DNA from: Octopus bimaculoides
Taxonomy: Eukaryota
Length of the DNA: 64,000 nucleotides
NCBI RefSeq assembly: GCF_001194135.2
Contig: NC_068989.1
Location: 81,912,049 to 81,976,048 of the forward strand
Direction: 5' to 3'
Below, piece by piece: positions 22,701 through 33,070 of this stretch. The notes below the pieces were generated by a model. That model worked only from the letters and a program-made list of their open reading frames with translations. It was not told the DNA's origin and made no database searches. Every line of letters starts with the position of its first letter. Positions within the stretch are counted from its first letter, which is position 1. Made by a program: the position numbers and the translations under genes.

Positions 22701-25700
22701 ATTTGTATGGAATCCTGCTCCCTTTTGTATTTGTGTGTTTTGTCCAGATCTACTCAATCAGAACTGAATAGGATATACACAACAATAAATCAACACCAGT
22801 TAAGTCAATATTTCTTGACTTGTTCAATGCAATAGCCAAATACCCTTCAACACATCCCATTATAGCCAGAAATACTGATCAATATTTCACTGGCACCACT
22901 GAATCAGTTGAGTTGATCCAAAAGTGTTTTAGCAAGATATGCAGATAAGAAAAGAGTTTATGCTTAGAATTCTTTAACACCACTCTCATTATGGTTGATG
23001 TTGGTTGGGATGTCTATAAATGTCTGGTTAATGTTACATTTGTTGTGTTTCAGTCCTGTACGTCCCTATCAGACAGTCATGACCTGCCTTCCAACATTTC
23101 ATGCAACTACTCTCCAATGTTGACCGACTGCTAATAACTTCACAAGCTCAGGGCACCAACTTATAATACTTCAACAGCCACTCACATAACATGATCACAC
23201 AGTCACATCACATGACAACATGTCACTACATCACATGACCACACAACACCAATCATCTCTCTTGTATTAAAAAAAAAAGTGACAGAGTCTCAACTGACCT
23301 TTCCATCAATGATGGCATTCTTGCAGGATAAACATCCTTCTTTCTTTGCTTCTTTCGGTGGACTAGATGATTGCGGTGGGGTGAAGTCACTTCTGCTTGG
23401 TTCTTCTGCTATTGAGGAATTAGTCTAAGAAAAAAAGGGAAAAAAAACCCCGTTCAGATTACTTTTAATTCAGCCACAGAATACAGTTTTAATGATATCA
23501 CATTAACTCCTCTTTTAATGAGGGTTAAAAGGAAAAGTGAAGGAGACAGATGCAAGGATAGAGATGAAGGAGAGAACCAAAACAATTGCTGCAGTTATAT
23601 CTTTGCTGAGCAGTGTTTAAATGAAGGGTACTCAGTAAAAACAAAACCTGAGAATGGCTTAAAAGTCACCAGTATATCTTGTTAATAGACAATCACACTG
23701 AATGTTCACTAGTCATCAGTTACTAAGAGCATGACTTTAGAAAATAGAGCATGAATAAAGGAAGTTTTCTAACAAATAGATAGATGAGTGAAGCCTGAGT
23801 GAAGGCTATCTCTTAAGAAGGCAGATTATTAGAGACTTAGTGTAGTCTGACAATAGTTTGAATGAAGTTTGCTTTTTGAGTGCAGGCACGATTATGTGAC
23901 TATGGTTTTGGGCCTGATTGTGTAGCCTCACATAAACCAAGGTCTAGTGAGTGAAATTTGTGAGGCAAAAACTGTGTAGAAGCCTATCATAAGGGCCATT
24001 CCCACTTGGGGGTCTTAAATTTAATCCCTTGCTTAGTTTAATACCACTACACTGGCTCCTGATTGCCTTCAGTGGAGTCCAGTCTATTGCAAACACTTGG
24101 GTCAGCCTGAGGGTAATGCCCTTTCTTCCCTTACTCCTACCAGTCATGGAAGCACAGAAAAGGGTCGTGGGTGCACTCCTTCCTCCTCTGATTAAACCAC
24201 AAAAATGATTTCAATCCTGGATAGCAATTCACATTTCTCTCTATTTTAGATAGGAGTGGGGGAAAACAGATATTTCTGCTTTAATTACTTCACCTAAAAT
24301 TAATGAGTAATTAATTAGTATGATCACATCGTTGTTTACAATGAAGATGGCACAAACAACACTTACTTTTTCCTCAATTAGAATGGAAGACTTTAATTTC
24401 TTGGACTGAACTGTTTGTGAGGAACTGTCATAAATAGGTAAGGATCTGCAAAAGACAAAAGTAAAAACTTTAAACAAGGAATATAGTAACTTTCATGATA
24501 AATATTAACATGATTGAGGCATAGGTCTGTGATTAAGAAATTCATTTTGTAACCATGTGGCTCTGGGGTTCATTTAATTCTGTGGTACCTGAGGTGCCTT
24601 CTATCATGGCCTTCAGGAAAATCTAAAAACTGGAAATCTGTTTTTATATATATATCTATAAATTTAGTAAATGGAGTAAAACGCATATGTTAACTGAATA
24701 CTTTTATTACCAACATATGTTTCGAAGATTACAAATTATACCTTCCATAGGAATAGGTGATGTTGATAAGAATGTAATCTTCTCTTCAGGAAAATGCATG
24801 GGAACCAGCTTAAACGTAAGACATTTTAACCGAATATAAGAACTGTATTTGGAGAAGGTTGTTACGTAATTTATTTGAAAATTATATATATATATATATA
24901 TACTAGCAGAAATACCCGGCTTTGCCCGGGTTAAAGAGAATAATGAAATCTAAAAACGCCGTCTAGACTACGCAACCCTCAACTGTTAGTAGCTACGATA
25001 CCATATTTCTACANNNNNNNNNNNNNNNNNNNNNNNNNNNNNNNNNNNNNNNNNNNNNNNNNNNNNNNNNNNNNNNNNNNNNNNNNNNNNNNNNNNNNNN
25101 NNNNNNNNNNNNNNNNNNNNNNNNNNNNNNNNNNNNNNNNNNNNNNNNNNNNNNNNNNNNNNNNNNNNNNNNNNNNNNNNNNNNNNNNNNNNNNNNNNNN
25201 NNNNNNNNNNNNNNNNNNNNNNNNNNNNNNNNNNNNNNNNNNNNNNNNNNNNNNNNNNNNNNNNNNNNNNNNNNNNNNNNNNNNNNNNNNNNNNNNNNNN
25301 NNNNNNNNNNNNNNNNNNNNNNNNNNNNNNNNNNNNNNNNNNNNNNNNNNNNNNNNNNNNNNNNNNNNNNNNNNNNNNNNNNNNNNNNNNNNNNNNNNNN
25401 NNNNNNNNNNNNNNNNNNNNNNNNNNNNNNNNNNNNNNNNNNNNNNNNNNNNNNNNNNNNNNNNNNNNNNNNNNNNNNNNNNNNNNNNNNNNNNNNNNNN
25501 NNNNNNNNNNNNNNNNNNNNNNNNNNNNNNNNNNNNNNNNNNNNNNNNNNNNNNNNNNNNNNNNNNNNNNNNNNNNNNNNNNNNNNNNNNNNNNNNNNNN
25601 NNNNNNNNNNNNNNNNNNNNNNNNNNNNNNNNNNNNNNNNNNNNNNNNNNNNNNNNNNNNNNNNNNNNNNNNNNNNNNNNNNNNNNNNNNNNNNNNNNNN

Positions 25701-26324
25701 NNNNNNNNNNACATATACATCTCTCTCTCTCACTCTTTCTCTCTTTCTCTCTCTCTCTGAAAGTATCTGTCATTACAGTATCGAAATGTGATTGTTTCAG
25801 TTAGTAGAATAGTTTCATTTTTAAAGTGAAAGTATTTGACATGAGTGTTTTTGTTTCACTTTTGACACGTAATACTTAAATAGTGGAGGAGATATTATGT
25901 TGCTGTGGGCATCTGTAAAATTTGAATGAAATTGGTTGCGTAGTTCTCAAGTTTTAGGGATTCACACAGACAGACAGACAGACAGACACACATTCTCATT
26001 TTTATATATATAGATATATATATATATATGAGAAGTAAATGGATGTAATAACAAAGGGAAACTTGTGGTTTTCACTGGTATGCCTTTAATTTAATTAGAT
26101 AATTGTTATCTAATTAAATTAAAGGCATATCAGTGAAAACCATAAGTTTCCCATTGTTATTACATCCATTTTCTTCTCCTACATAACCTAAACTAGGGTC
26201 TACCAACCAAACCACCTGCTACCGTACAACTTTACAAAAGACTGTACCTACCCAGGTAATAACCAGGAGTGACTTTGGATTTAATTATCCCTTAGAGGTA
26301 TTAAACCCCTCTAACTGATACCTA

Positions 26325-26360
<36 letters not shown>

Positions 26361-26637
26361 GCCACTATCCTCTATGGAACAAATTTAATTTGTGTCCGTG
26401 GGAAGAGCTATTTTAACAATGCGTCCTGTCCTAACTCTTCAAAACGCCAGTGTTATAATGGTGACAGCTGATGAAGAATATGTTCTCTATGTGGCCTGTG
26501 TGTTTTTTGTATCTTGTTTATCATTTTGTCCATGTTTTTTTTGCAACGTCATGTACCCAGATATGCATCTATATATACATGTAGATGAAGGTATGTACAT
26601 ACATGTACATATATATGCATATACTCATATATCATTT

Positions 26638-26706
<69 letters not shown>

Positions 26707-27157
26707 AAGAGTTTTACTGAGTCATATCCTTTTATATCAAACATATTTTCTACAATAAATGCCAGACTGAAAAATGCAATTAAAGAATACACACATAAGG
26801 CTATCTAGATAAGATATATGGAGGTATATCAGTGTATAAATGTGTAGTAAGGTGCTGCACTATTGTGCAGTACAGTGTGCCATAGTATATATATATATAG
26901 TGTTAATGTGCCATTGTATATATAGTGTGCCAGAGTATGTATGATGTGTCAATGTGACATAAGGCACACTGCTGTGTAATGAAGGGCATCACTGACATGA
27001 TATTGGGTAGCAGATACTTACAGTTTATCTGGAGTGATGGAATTGAATTTGTTGATGGACTGCAACGGTGTGTTGAGATCTGAACGTTCTTTAGCGGTGG
27101 CCATAAGATAGGAGGTACGTCTCTGTAACTTGACAGCATCTTGTTCCGGGGACAAAT
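7542..27157 (-). CDS. ARHGAP21: Multi-exon gene (13 exons reconstructed) for a PH + RhoGAP protein of the ARHGAP21/ARHGAP23 (RhoGAP19D) family; 5' part not resolved
   Basis: Exons 27022-27157, 24367-24445, 23299-23424, 21292-21384, 19819-20016, 19192-19327, 16546-16685, 15547-15672, 13965-14073, 12539-12702, 12176-12301, 11702-11828 and 7542-9619 all have GT-AG ends, join in compatible phase and give one open frame. Motifs RRTSYL, PH (RSWK...KNVFRL...FQAED), GAP ([32 protein letters not shown]) and C-terminal RRHTVGG match ARHGAP21/23 as I recall them. The symbol denotes the 21/23 co-ortholog. Confidence 0.93.
10250..10660 (-). mobile_element. Two tandem copies of a second SINE family (head GGCGGCGAGCTGGCAGAATCGTTAG, core TTCTGAGTTCAAATT, tail (ATT)n)
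   Basis: atttgaactcag at about 10375 and 10605, separated by an AAT tract; a further copy lies at about 6640-6835. Confidence 0.75.
11097..11500 (+). mobile_element. Full-length, well-preserved tRNA-derived SINE
   Basis: ggcgcaggggtggctgtgtggtaag...ggttccgggttcattccc...tgactgaaacaaataaaagag. Confidence 0.88.
11702..11828 (-). CDS. ARHGAP21: Exon [42 protein letters not shown] (end of GAP domain, DWFF)
   Basis: ttttcag|CCTGAT ... CTTG|gtaagt; 127 nt, phase 0 to 1. Confidence 0.92.
12176..12301 (-). CDS. ARHGAP21: GAP exon [42 protein letters not shown]
   Basis: tttcag|ATG ... CAT|gtaagt; 126 nt; classic RhoGAP M..NLAIVFGPTL box. Confidence 0.96.
12340..12520. repeat. Degenerate ~30-bp minisatellite filling the 237-nt GAP intron
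   Basis: Recurring agtcacaccaa-nn-gacaatgtctatactt units. Confidence 0.8.
12539..12702 (-). CDS. ARHGAP21: GAP exon (E)[54 protein letters not shown]
   Basis: gttacag|AG ... AAG|gtaagg; 164 nt, phase 1 to 0. Confidence 0.96.
13000..13678 (-). mobile_element. Helitron/Helentron-like non-autonomous element
   Basis: Minus-strand 5' end TACTAGCTGGTGTACCCAGTAATTCCCGG resembles 24901-24930; lies next to (TA)n; left boundary approximate. Confidence 0.45.
13965..14073 (-). CDS. ARHGAP21: GAP exon [36 protein letters not shown]
   Basis: ctacag|GGT ... AATG|gtgagt; 109 nt; [17 protein letters not shown] is diagnostic of ARHGAP21/23. Not in the ORF track. Confidence 0.96.
14405..14785 (-). mobile_element. 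Two tandem (ATT)n-tailed SINE copies
   Basis: atttgaactca at about 14519 and 14731. Confidence 0.75.
14790..15052 (-). mobile_element. 3' part of tRNA-derived SINE, inverted relative to 11097-11500
   Basis: Reverse complement of about 11250-11500; followed by an RTE tail at about 15125-15265 (+). Confidence 0.85.
15547..15672 (-). CDS. ARHGAP21: GAP exon [42 protein letters not shown] with intact arginine finger (YRIPG)
   Basis: cccctctag|TCT ... AAG|gtttgt; 126 nt, phase 0 to 0. Confidence 0.95.
15822..16337. mobile_element. piggyBac-like MITE (TTAA-CCCTTTAGCATT...AATGCTAAAAGG-TTAA) interrupted by a SINE
   Basis: 15/16-bp terminal inverted repeats starting with TTAA; uninterrupted copies at 17161-17386, 29447-29650 (opposite orientation) and 40967-41195. 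The superfamily is inferred from TTAA+CCC ends only. Confidence 0.7.
15997..16263 (-). mobile_element. Young tRNA-derived SINE with (AAC)n tail and perfect 11-bp target-site duplication
   Basis: TSD ATCTAGCTGGT at 15986-15996 and 16264-16274; head GTGGAGGCGTAATGGCCCAGTGGTTAGGG (A box) and GGTTTCGATTCC (B box). Confidence 0.9.
16546..16685 (-). CDS. ARHGAP21: Exon (E)[46 protein letters not shown] (FGV.LE entry into GAP)
   Basis: ttccag|AAG ... GAA|gtgagt; 140 nt, phase 1 to 0. Confidence 0.93.
16850..17065 (-). mobile_element. (ATT)n-family SINE copy
   Basis: atttgaactcagaac at about 16981 with flanking family sequence. Confidence 0.75.
18630..18962. mobile_element. hAT (Charlie/MER5-like) MITE inserted in a degenerate minisatellite
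   Basis: TIRs CAGTGGTTCTCAACC and GGTTGAGAATCCCTG (13/15); TSD decayed (TTCTAAAT vs CCCTATCA); ccctgtatcaacc-like units on both sides (about 18495-18625 and 18963-19140). Confidence 0.75.
19192..19327 (-). CDS. ARHGAP21: Linker exon [45 protein letters not shown]
   Basis: tttgacag|GAA ... AATG|gtaagt; 136 nt, phase 0 to 1, fits both neighbours. Confidence 0.88.
19819..20016 (-). CDS. ARHGAP21: PH-domain C-terminal exon [66 protein letters not shown]
   Basis: ttctgcag|ATC ... TAT|gtaagt; 198 nt; KNVFRL and FQAED..M..WI PH signatures. Confidence 0.96.
21292..21384 (-). CDS. ARHGAP21: PH-domain exon [31 protein letters not shown]
   Basis: ctctacag|AGG ... GTT|gtgagt; 93 nt. Confidence 0.93.
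21400..21625. repeat. (GATA)n/(GA)n compound microsatellite immediately upstream of the acceptor of PH exon 21292-21384
   Basis: Direct reading. Confidence 0.95.
22210..22390 (-). mobile_element. RTE-type 3' tail repeat (diverged)
   Basis: tttccatgctggtatgggttgg...gtttctacagctggatgcccttcctaacaccaaccac; similar relics at about 58050-58130 and 58735-58910. Confidence 0.7.
23299..23424 (-). CDS. ARHGAP21: Exon [42 protein letters not shown] (start of PH, KEG.L)
   Basis: tttcttag|ACT ... AAG|gtcagt; 126 nt. Confidence 0.92.
24367..24445 (-). CDS. ARHGAP21: Exon (L)[26 protein letters not shown]
   Basis: ttttgcag|A ... AAA|gtaagt; 79 nt, phase 2 to 0, exactly the phase needed between 27022 and 23424. 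Confidence 0.82.
24901..26015 (+). mobile_element. Helentron/DINE-1-like (HINE) element spanning the N gap 25014-25710
   Basis: 5' TACTAGCAGAAATACCCGGCTTTGCCCGGG after (TA)n; 11-bp subterminal inverted repeat ACTACGCAACC (24967-24977) / GGTTGCGTAGT (25934-25944); (CAGA)n near the 3' end; ends TTTTATATATATAGAT. Confidence 0.6.
26030..26178. repeat. Near-perfect inverted repeat: 73-bp arms, 3-nt loop, 4 mismatches
   Basis: Arms 26030-26102 and 26106-26178, aligned base by base. Confidence 0.95.
27022..27157 (-). CDS. ARHGAP21: Exon (D)[44 protein letters not shown]
   Basis: attctgcag|AT ... CT|gtaagt; 136 nt, phase 1 to 2; the RRTSYLMAT motif resembles the pre-PH R..SYL.AT motif of this family. 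The ORF track shows this region in another frame. Confidence 0.87.
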
Positions 27158-28179
27158 CTGCAGAATCATAAAACAGTTTATTGACTTTTTTGGAGGGGTA
27201 AAAGTTAATGATTGATTGCTAGGGGTAAAGATTGAGCAAGTGATTAGTTAATGATTAATGATTAGTGGAACAAAGGTTATTAATTTCTAGAATCTTCTAG
27301 TTAAATAGCATAAGTAATTATCTGATACTTGTGTCCAAAACAGACATTAGTTAGGAGGGGACAGTGCCCTTTGCCTCCGCTGGCTGGTGAGACTAATGTC
27401 AGGTGACATTTACCACGAAAGGCATCGAGTAAATTTTGGACATACAGGAACTAAGGTTTTGGCTCTGAATTCTACATTTATGTTGAGAAACATGTCATCA
27501 TTGAACTCCTAGCGATGTACCATGTTATAGGTGTTAAACTCCTGGTCAAGTGCTATATTATTAGCAGTGAAGTATGGATTAAGAACAATGCTACCAGGTC
27601 AGAGTACTAGGTTAGAGATGGTGAGTATTAGGTATGAACACCACAACTTCTACTTCTCAAAGTCAATGGATACTTCCAATTATAGTATGAAATATGATAC
27701 TTTTATAAATTAGAAAGCATTTAGCAGATCAATATTAATGTAGAGCATTGTTTAGTCACAAGATATCTCTAATAACAGAGGCCTATGATCGTGCCATATG
27801 AGGATGAAAGGTAAAGTTGGCCTCAGCATAATTTGAACCAGGGACGTGCCATCTAGGTGGGTAAGATAGGCAGTGCTTACCTTGGATAAAATAGATTGAT
27901 AGCAACATTTTCCTTTCATGGCAAAATATGCACCTAATTCAATAAAGTTATGAAGGTTACTCTGATTACTATGCATAATTCACCCCAGCTTTTCAATCTC
28001 AGTATTTAAGCCACGCATAGTAATTATGTAGTACACAAGCTGTGTAAACTCCTCCAACACAGTTTTCTTTATATGCTATAAAAGCAAAAGTAAATCTGCC
28101 TTCAACTCAGTCACATGCCTGTGTTTTGCTTATTTATTTTTGTGTTTTACTCACCAACTTCCTACCCTGAGTAATCACT

Positions 28180-28299
28180 GATGGCACGCGCCTGATTTGA
28201 ACTCAGAATTTAAATACCGAAACAGCCACTTTCTTCAGCAGAGTTCTTCTGACTCTGCCAATCGACCACCATTGCAACAACAACAACAACAACAACAAC

Positions 28300-28335
<36 letters not shown>

Positions 28336-28699
28336 CCTTACTTGCTTTAAGCTTGAAATTATGTGGGTGGGAGTTAGTTGATTACATTGACCCTAATGCT
28401 TAAGGAGAGAGAGAGAAAGAGAGAGGGGGGGAAAGAGAGATAAAGAGGATTCTAACCTTCAGTCTTCTTACGTAGAGTGACTTGGTCTGACTCAAAGGTG
28501 CTATGTGAGAAGAAACTCTCTTTGTTTTCTGCACAACTGGACATGTTGAGCAAAGTGCTGTCAGCTGCAATATAAATAACATTAATGATGATAACAATAG
28601 TAACAATGACAGTAATGGTGAAATTTACTTAGCAATTCAATGGTTATTAACATAAGTTGTATATAAAAATTCCAGTACTACAACAGTAGTAGTAGCAGT

Positions 28700-28732
<33 letters not shown>

Positions 28733-28945
28733 CCTTTCTGCTATAGACACAAAGCCTGAAATTTGGGAGGAGGGGGTTAAGACAATTACATTGACCCCAG
28801 TATTCAACTGGTACTTAATTTATTGACCCTGGAAAGATGAAAGGCAAAGTTGACCTCGGTGGAATTTGAACTCAGAACATAGTGATGGGCGAAATACTGC
28901 TAAGCATTTTGTTCAGTGTGCTAACGATTCAGCCAGCTTGCTGCC

Positions 28946-28987
<42 letters not shown>

Positions 28988-29250
28988 GAAGATACTTGGC
29001 AAGAAATGGAAACTGAAAGAAGAAGAAAAATATAATAATCCTTTCTTCTGTAGGAACAAAGCCTGAAATTTGAGGGGAGTGGGACTACTTGATTACATTG
29101 GCCCCCAGTGCTCAGCTGGTACTTAAAAGACTTTGAAAGGATGAAAGGCAAAGTTGACTCTGGTGAAATTTGAACTCAGAATGTGAAGACAGACAAAAAC
29201 ACCAATAAGTATTTTGTTTGGTGTACTAAAGATTCTACCAGCCTGTCACC

Positions 29251-29283
<33 letters not shown>

Positions 29284-29285
29284 TC
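28180..29285 (-). mobile_element. Array of (ATT)n-family SINE copies and fragments embedded in (TAA)n tracts
   Basis: Full copies at about 28730-28946 and 29035-29252, fragments at about 28180-28265 and 28336-28400, each bounded by AAT repeats. Confidence 0.8.
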
Positions 29286-30103
29286 ATAATTATATCATGA
29301 AATTTAATTTCGCAGTTAAAGGGATAAGGTAACAGAATTTTCAAAGAAATAAACTATAAAAACATTTTAAAAGAAAATCTTTCAAGCAGTTCAAAAATCT
29401 AAAATACATCAAAGTTAAAACTAAAAATCTGAACAACCAAAGTAACTTAACTCTTTAGCATTTAAACCAGTAATATCCAGTCAAAACTAGCTAAATACAG
29501 TCTCTTACAACAACCCTACAATGTCATACTAAAAGTAAACAACCGTTTAATCTAAATCTCAAAACTACAAGATAATGCACGATTAAATCAAAACAATGTG
29601 AATAAATAAGCATTACATTTGACAGAGTAGTTTGAATGTTAAAGGGTCAACAAATGACGATTGTAAAAGAAAGAAACTCAATGAGATACATAACCTTTCC
29701 TTTTTGAGATTAAAGAATTGCTTTGAATAAGCGAAACATTACATGAAACGAAATAAAAATTGTGTTGTAAAATATGCAAAAATGTATCCTTTTGAAAATG
29801 AATTGAAGAATCACTGTATCTATATAGAATACAAGGTTAAAAGCCACTCGATAGGGCAGCTTTTAAGCTAGCTCCTGTGGAGGGTTCTTCATTGGGCCTT
29901 GGGCTCAACAATGACACTTCATGCATTGAGTACATATTAAGTTTTATTAAGCTTGACCAATATTTTTCAAGCATGGAACAATTTTCATCAAAACAATGAT
30001 ATAATTTGCTGACTTGGAACTTATTGCAAAACTGTACGATAAATAACATTTTTTTGTCTTCCCATTTGTGGGGTCACTACAATTTTTTTTTATCTAATCT
30101 CTT

Positions 30104-30136
<33 letters not shown>

Positions 30137-30962
30137 TGATTGTTTTCAACCATCACCATCACCAGTACTACCAACATCGCCACCACAATTGCCATACACA
30201 CACCATTCAGACTTCTGAAGCCACTACTATCAATACTTTTGACTTCGCCGCCTTCCCTTTCACCACCATCACCAATGTCTTTCATATCACTTACTATCAC
30301 TGTCATCCCTGACTGCCTTGGCCACCACCACCACCAACCACCACCACCCCACCACCACCACCATCATCACCGTCGCCTCTGCCTCTATCACAACTACAGC
30401 TCATACTATTACTATCACCCCGTTACCATCACAACCGTCAATCTGCTACCACCCTCACCATCTCTATGTCTACTGTTACTCTCACCCCAACATGAGGAAT
30501 AGTAGAAGTGTCATTGGATAGTGAGCGGGGGGGGGGGGAGCAAAGTGTGATACACTGACACAGAAATTCGTTTTGACATTTATTATTATAGAAGGGTCAA
30601 ATACAAAATCCAATGGCAAAATTGTCTAACATCTTGTTCTTAGAAGCAGAACTGTTTCTACTAGAACTTTCTTAACGCTGATATGATCATTTTCATCCCA
30701 GAAAATAATCAAATTAATATCTGTGGAATTGGACATTTTTCGGTGCTTTATATTATAACTTACACTTAATTTGAGTCAGAGTCAGTAAAACATGTACTGA
30801 CTCTGACACCCAATAATTGCTTCCAGTTCTACAGCCATGTGTGTGTGTAACAGAGTGGACAAATATTTGTCTTAAAGTTTACAAGTTGTGTATGTATGTG
30901 AGCATGTATAAATGCATGTGTGTGTATACTAATATGTGGAGGCGTGTGTGCACTAATATGAG

Positions 30963-30999
<37 letters not shown>

Positions 31000-31236
31000 A
31001 AATGTGTGCTCGTGTGTGTGTGTGTGTGTGTGTGTGTGGTTTCTGAGGAAACAAGATAAACCTCTCTTACATACAAAATTACTTTTAACAAATAAAAACC
31101 AGTTCAATATTTTATGTTTCCATGTCAGTACAACTTGAACAAGGATCACCTGGTCTGTCCCTGTCTCCACAATAACGATGACAGAAAAACAAAAAACAAA
31201 ACAAGCAAAGCTAAGGTGTATGCAGGACCAACTTAC

Positions 31237-31276
31237 CACAGAACATGTGTAAAATACCTGAGGGATGCCACACCAT
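31237..31276 (-). CDS. Candidate alternative first coding exon MVWHPSGILHMFC (+D from next exon)
   Basis: cataATGG strong start context, in-frame upstream TGA near 31328-31330, donor TGTG|gtaagt, and the phase-1 exit required by exon 27157. No homology support. Confidence 0.4.
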
Positions 31277-31807
31277 TATGACTGAAGCTGTTGTTGAAGT
31301 GTTGAAGGGTGAATGTAATGTGAAGTATCAGCACTGCACACATTGAGGTAGTGGTGGTGTTAATAGCTAGCACAAGAAATCAATTCAACTACGAACATCC
31401 AGGATGTGGTTTGCAAGTGGGACAGGAATTTAAGGAAAAACTGGGTCAAATAACAAAGTCCGGATATAATACAGATGTTAGCAGATTTGTTTCAACAAGA
31501 CATTTATATTTTGATCACATACACAGATGTATACACACATACACAGACATAGATTCTCATGTGCACACAGACTCACGTACACACAAACAGAAAAACATGT
31601 GTGGGTAGAGAGACAGAGCTGATCCTGATATACAAAAGATGGAATGGTCACAAAATTTCAGTCCCAGATTTGCTGGATCAGGATTAACCCGAGACTAAAC
31701 AACAACACACAAACAAAAACAGTTTGTGAAATTATACTAGTTTTAAATCATATTTGATATTCAATTTTACTTAAACAGATTGTTAATTATACATGGGAGT
31801 ACATATG

Positions 31808-31841
<34 letters not shown>

Positions 31842-32729
31842 GACAAAAATAAAACTGGTTCTCTAAGTTATTGACTTTGTGCCATGATAGAAATCAAATA
31901 AACATTTACTGCTAATCTTCACATGATTTTGAAATAAAAAGAAATAAAACTGCTGTTTGCTTTGTGAATCATTCCCATATGATAATAAATTTATGAATAA
32001 CAAGTTTTTCAAGACAACCAAATCAAACATTAATAAGAATTATCTAAAGCTTTAAATTGTACTTTTCAAAATGTGTGGTGTACCCAAATATTTCTTGTGC
32101 ACTGTTTCAGAACCACTGACACAGACAGACCTACTTCTAACATGGGTCCTGTATGTGACCTCCTGGGAAATATAGTAACCCTTTCAGATATTTGTTTGAA
32201 GGGGGTCACATTTATAAAATTATGCCTGTCATAAATATATGCAACTTGGTGTTTGCAACAGTAGAGAATAAAAATTTATATATGTAGTCACATACATAGA
32301 CATAATGATGTGCACAGGTAGACACACACACACAGATAAATGCAGTCACGTACAGTCATACTGTTTTTAGGAGCTATTTTTAGCAAGAGATGTAAAATAG
32401 GAATTGCTGAGAAAGAAAGTTAAGTCAGGGAGTGATTCAAACCTAAATTTAGAATTTAAAGACGTCCTGTTTGAGTTTTTATGACAATGAAATTATTATT
32501 TATTCCAAGTAGACTTGTAAGTAGGGAGAAATAATTAGGTAAAGAAAGTCTCTGCTGTTCCTGTCTTTCCTAATATGTCTTTCCAATGTAAACGGAGTAA
32601 AATGAAACTGTTTATGAGTAATGAAATTTCTCAATTATACAGACTAAAGAAAGATGACTATTAGTTAATTATCAATTATGTCTAACATTAGACTGTGATA
32701 ACAAATTAGTGAAGGACATAATTAATTCA

Positions 32730-33070
32730 ACTGATCCTAGCATTTTATGTGTGGTAGGAGGTTTGCTTCCCAACCTCATGGCTCTGGGTTCAGCCCAACT
32801 GCATGGCACCTTGAGGAAGTGTCTGCTACTATAGCCTCAGGCTGACCAACACCTTGTGAGTGAATTGGTAGACAGAAACTGAAAGAAGTCCATTGTATAT
32901 ATGCTTGTGTGTATGTGTGTTCATCTGCCATTTGACAATTGGTTTGGTGCGTTTACATTGCCATAGCTTAGTGGTCTGACAAAGGAATACTGCGGCTGAT
33001 ACATTTGACTTAAAATTCAAAGCAGAGCCCCAACATGGCTGCAGTCTAATGACTGAAACAAGTAAAAGAA
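32730..33070 (+). mobile_element. Diverged tRNA-derived SINE
   Basis: tgtgtggtaggaggtttgcttcccaacc...gactgaaacaagtaaaag; a similar 3' relic lies at about 51330-51565. Confidence 0.7.

Noticed and set aside
24986-25773. Long ORFs (244-254 aa) in the ORF track
   Set aside because: Almost entirely X residues from the N gap.
27340-28050. Possible hAT transposase remnant
   Set aside because: Only a vague LRTM...RL resemblance; I could not establish TIRs, a TSD or a continuous frame.
29837-30049. Minus-strand ORF as a possible upstream RhoGAP exon
   Set aside because: It runs into TAA with no usable phase-1 donor and has no family motif.
30094-31239. ORFs with poly-His, poly-Thr, HT or VC runs
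   Set aside because: Translations of CAC/CAT, GA and GT microsatellites; the same applies to similar ORFs throughout the window.
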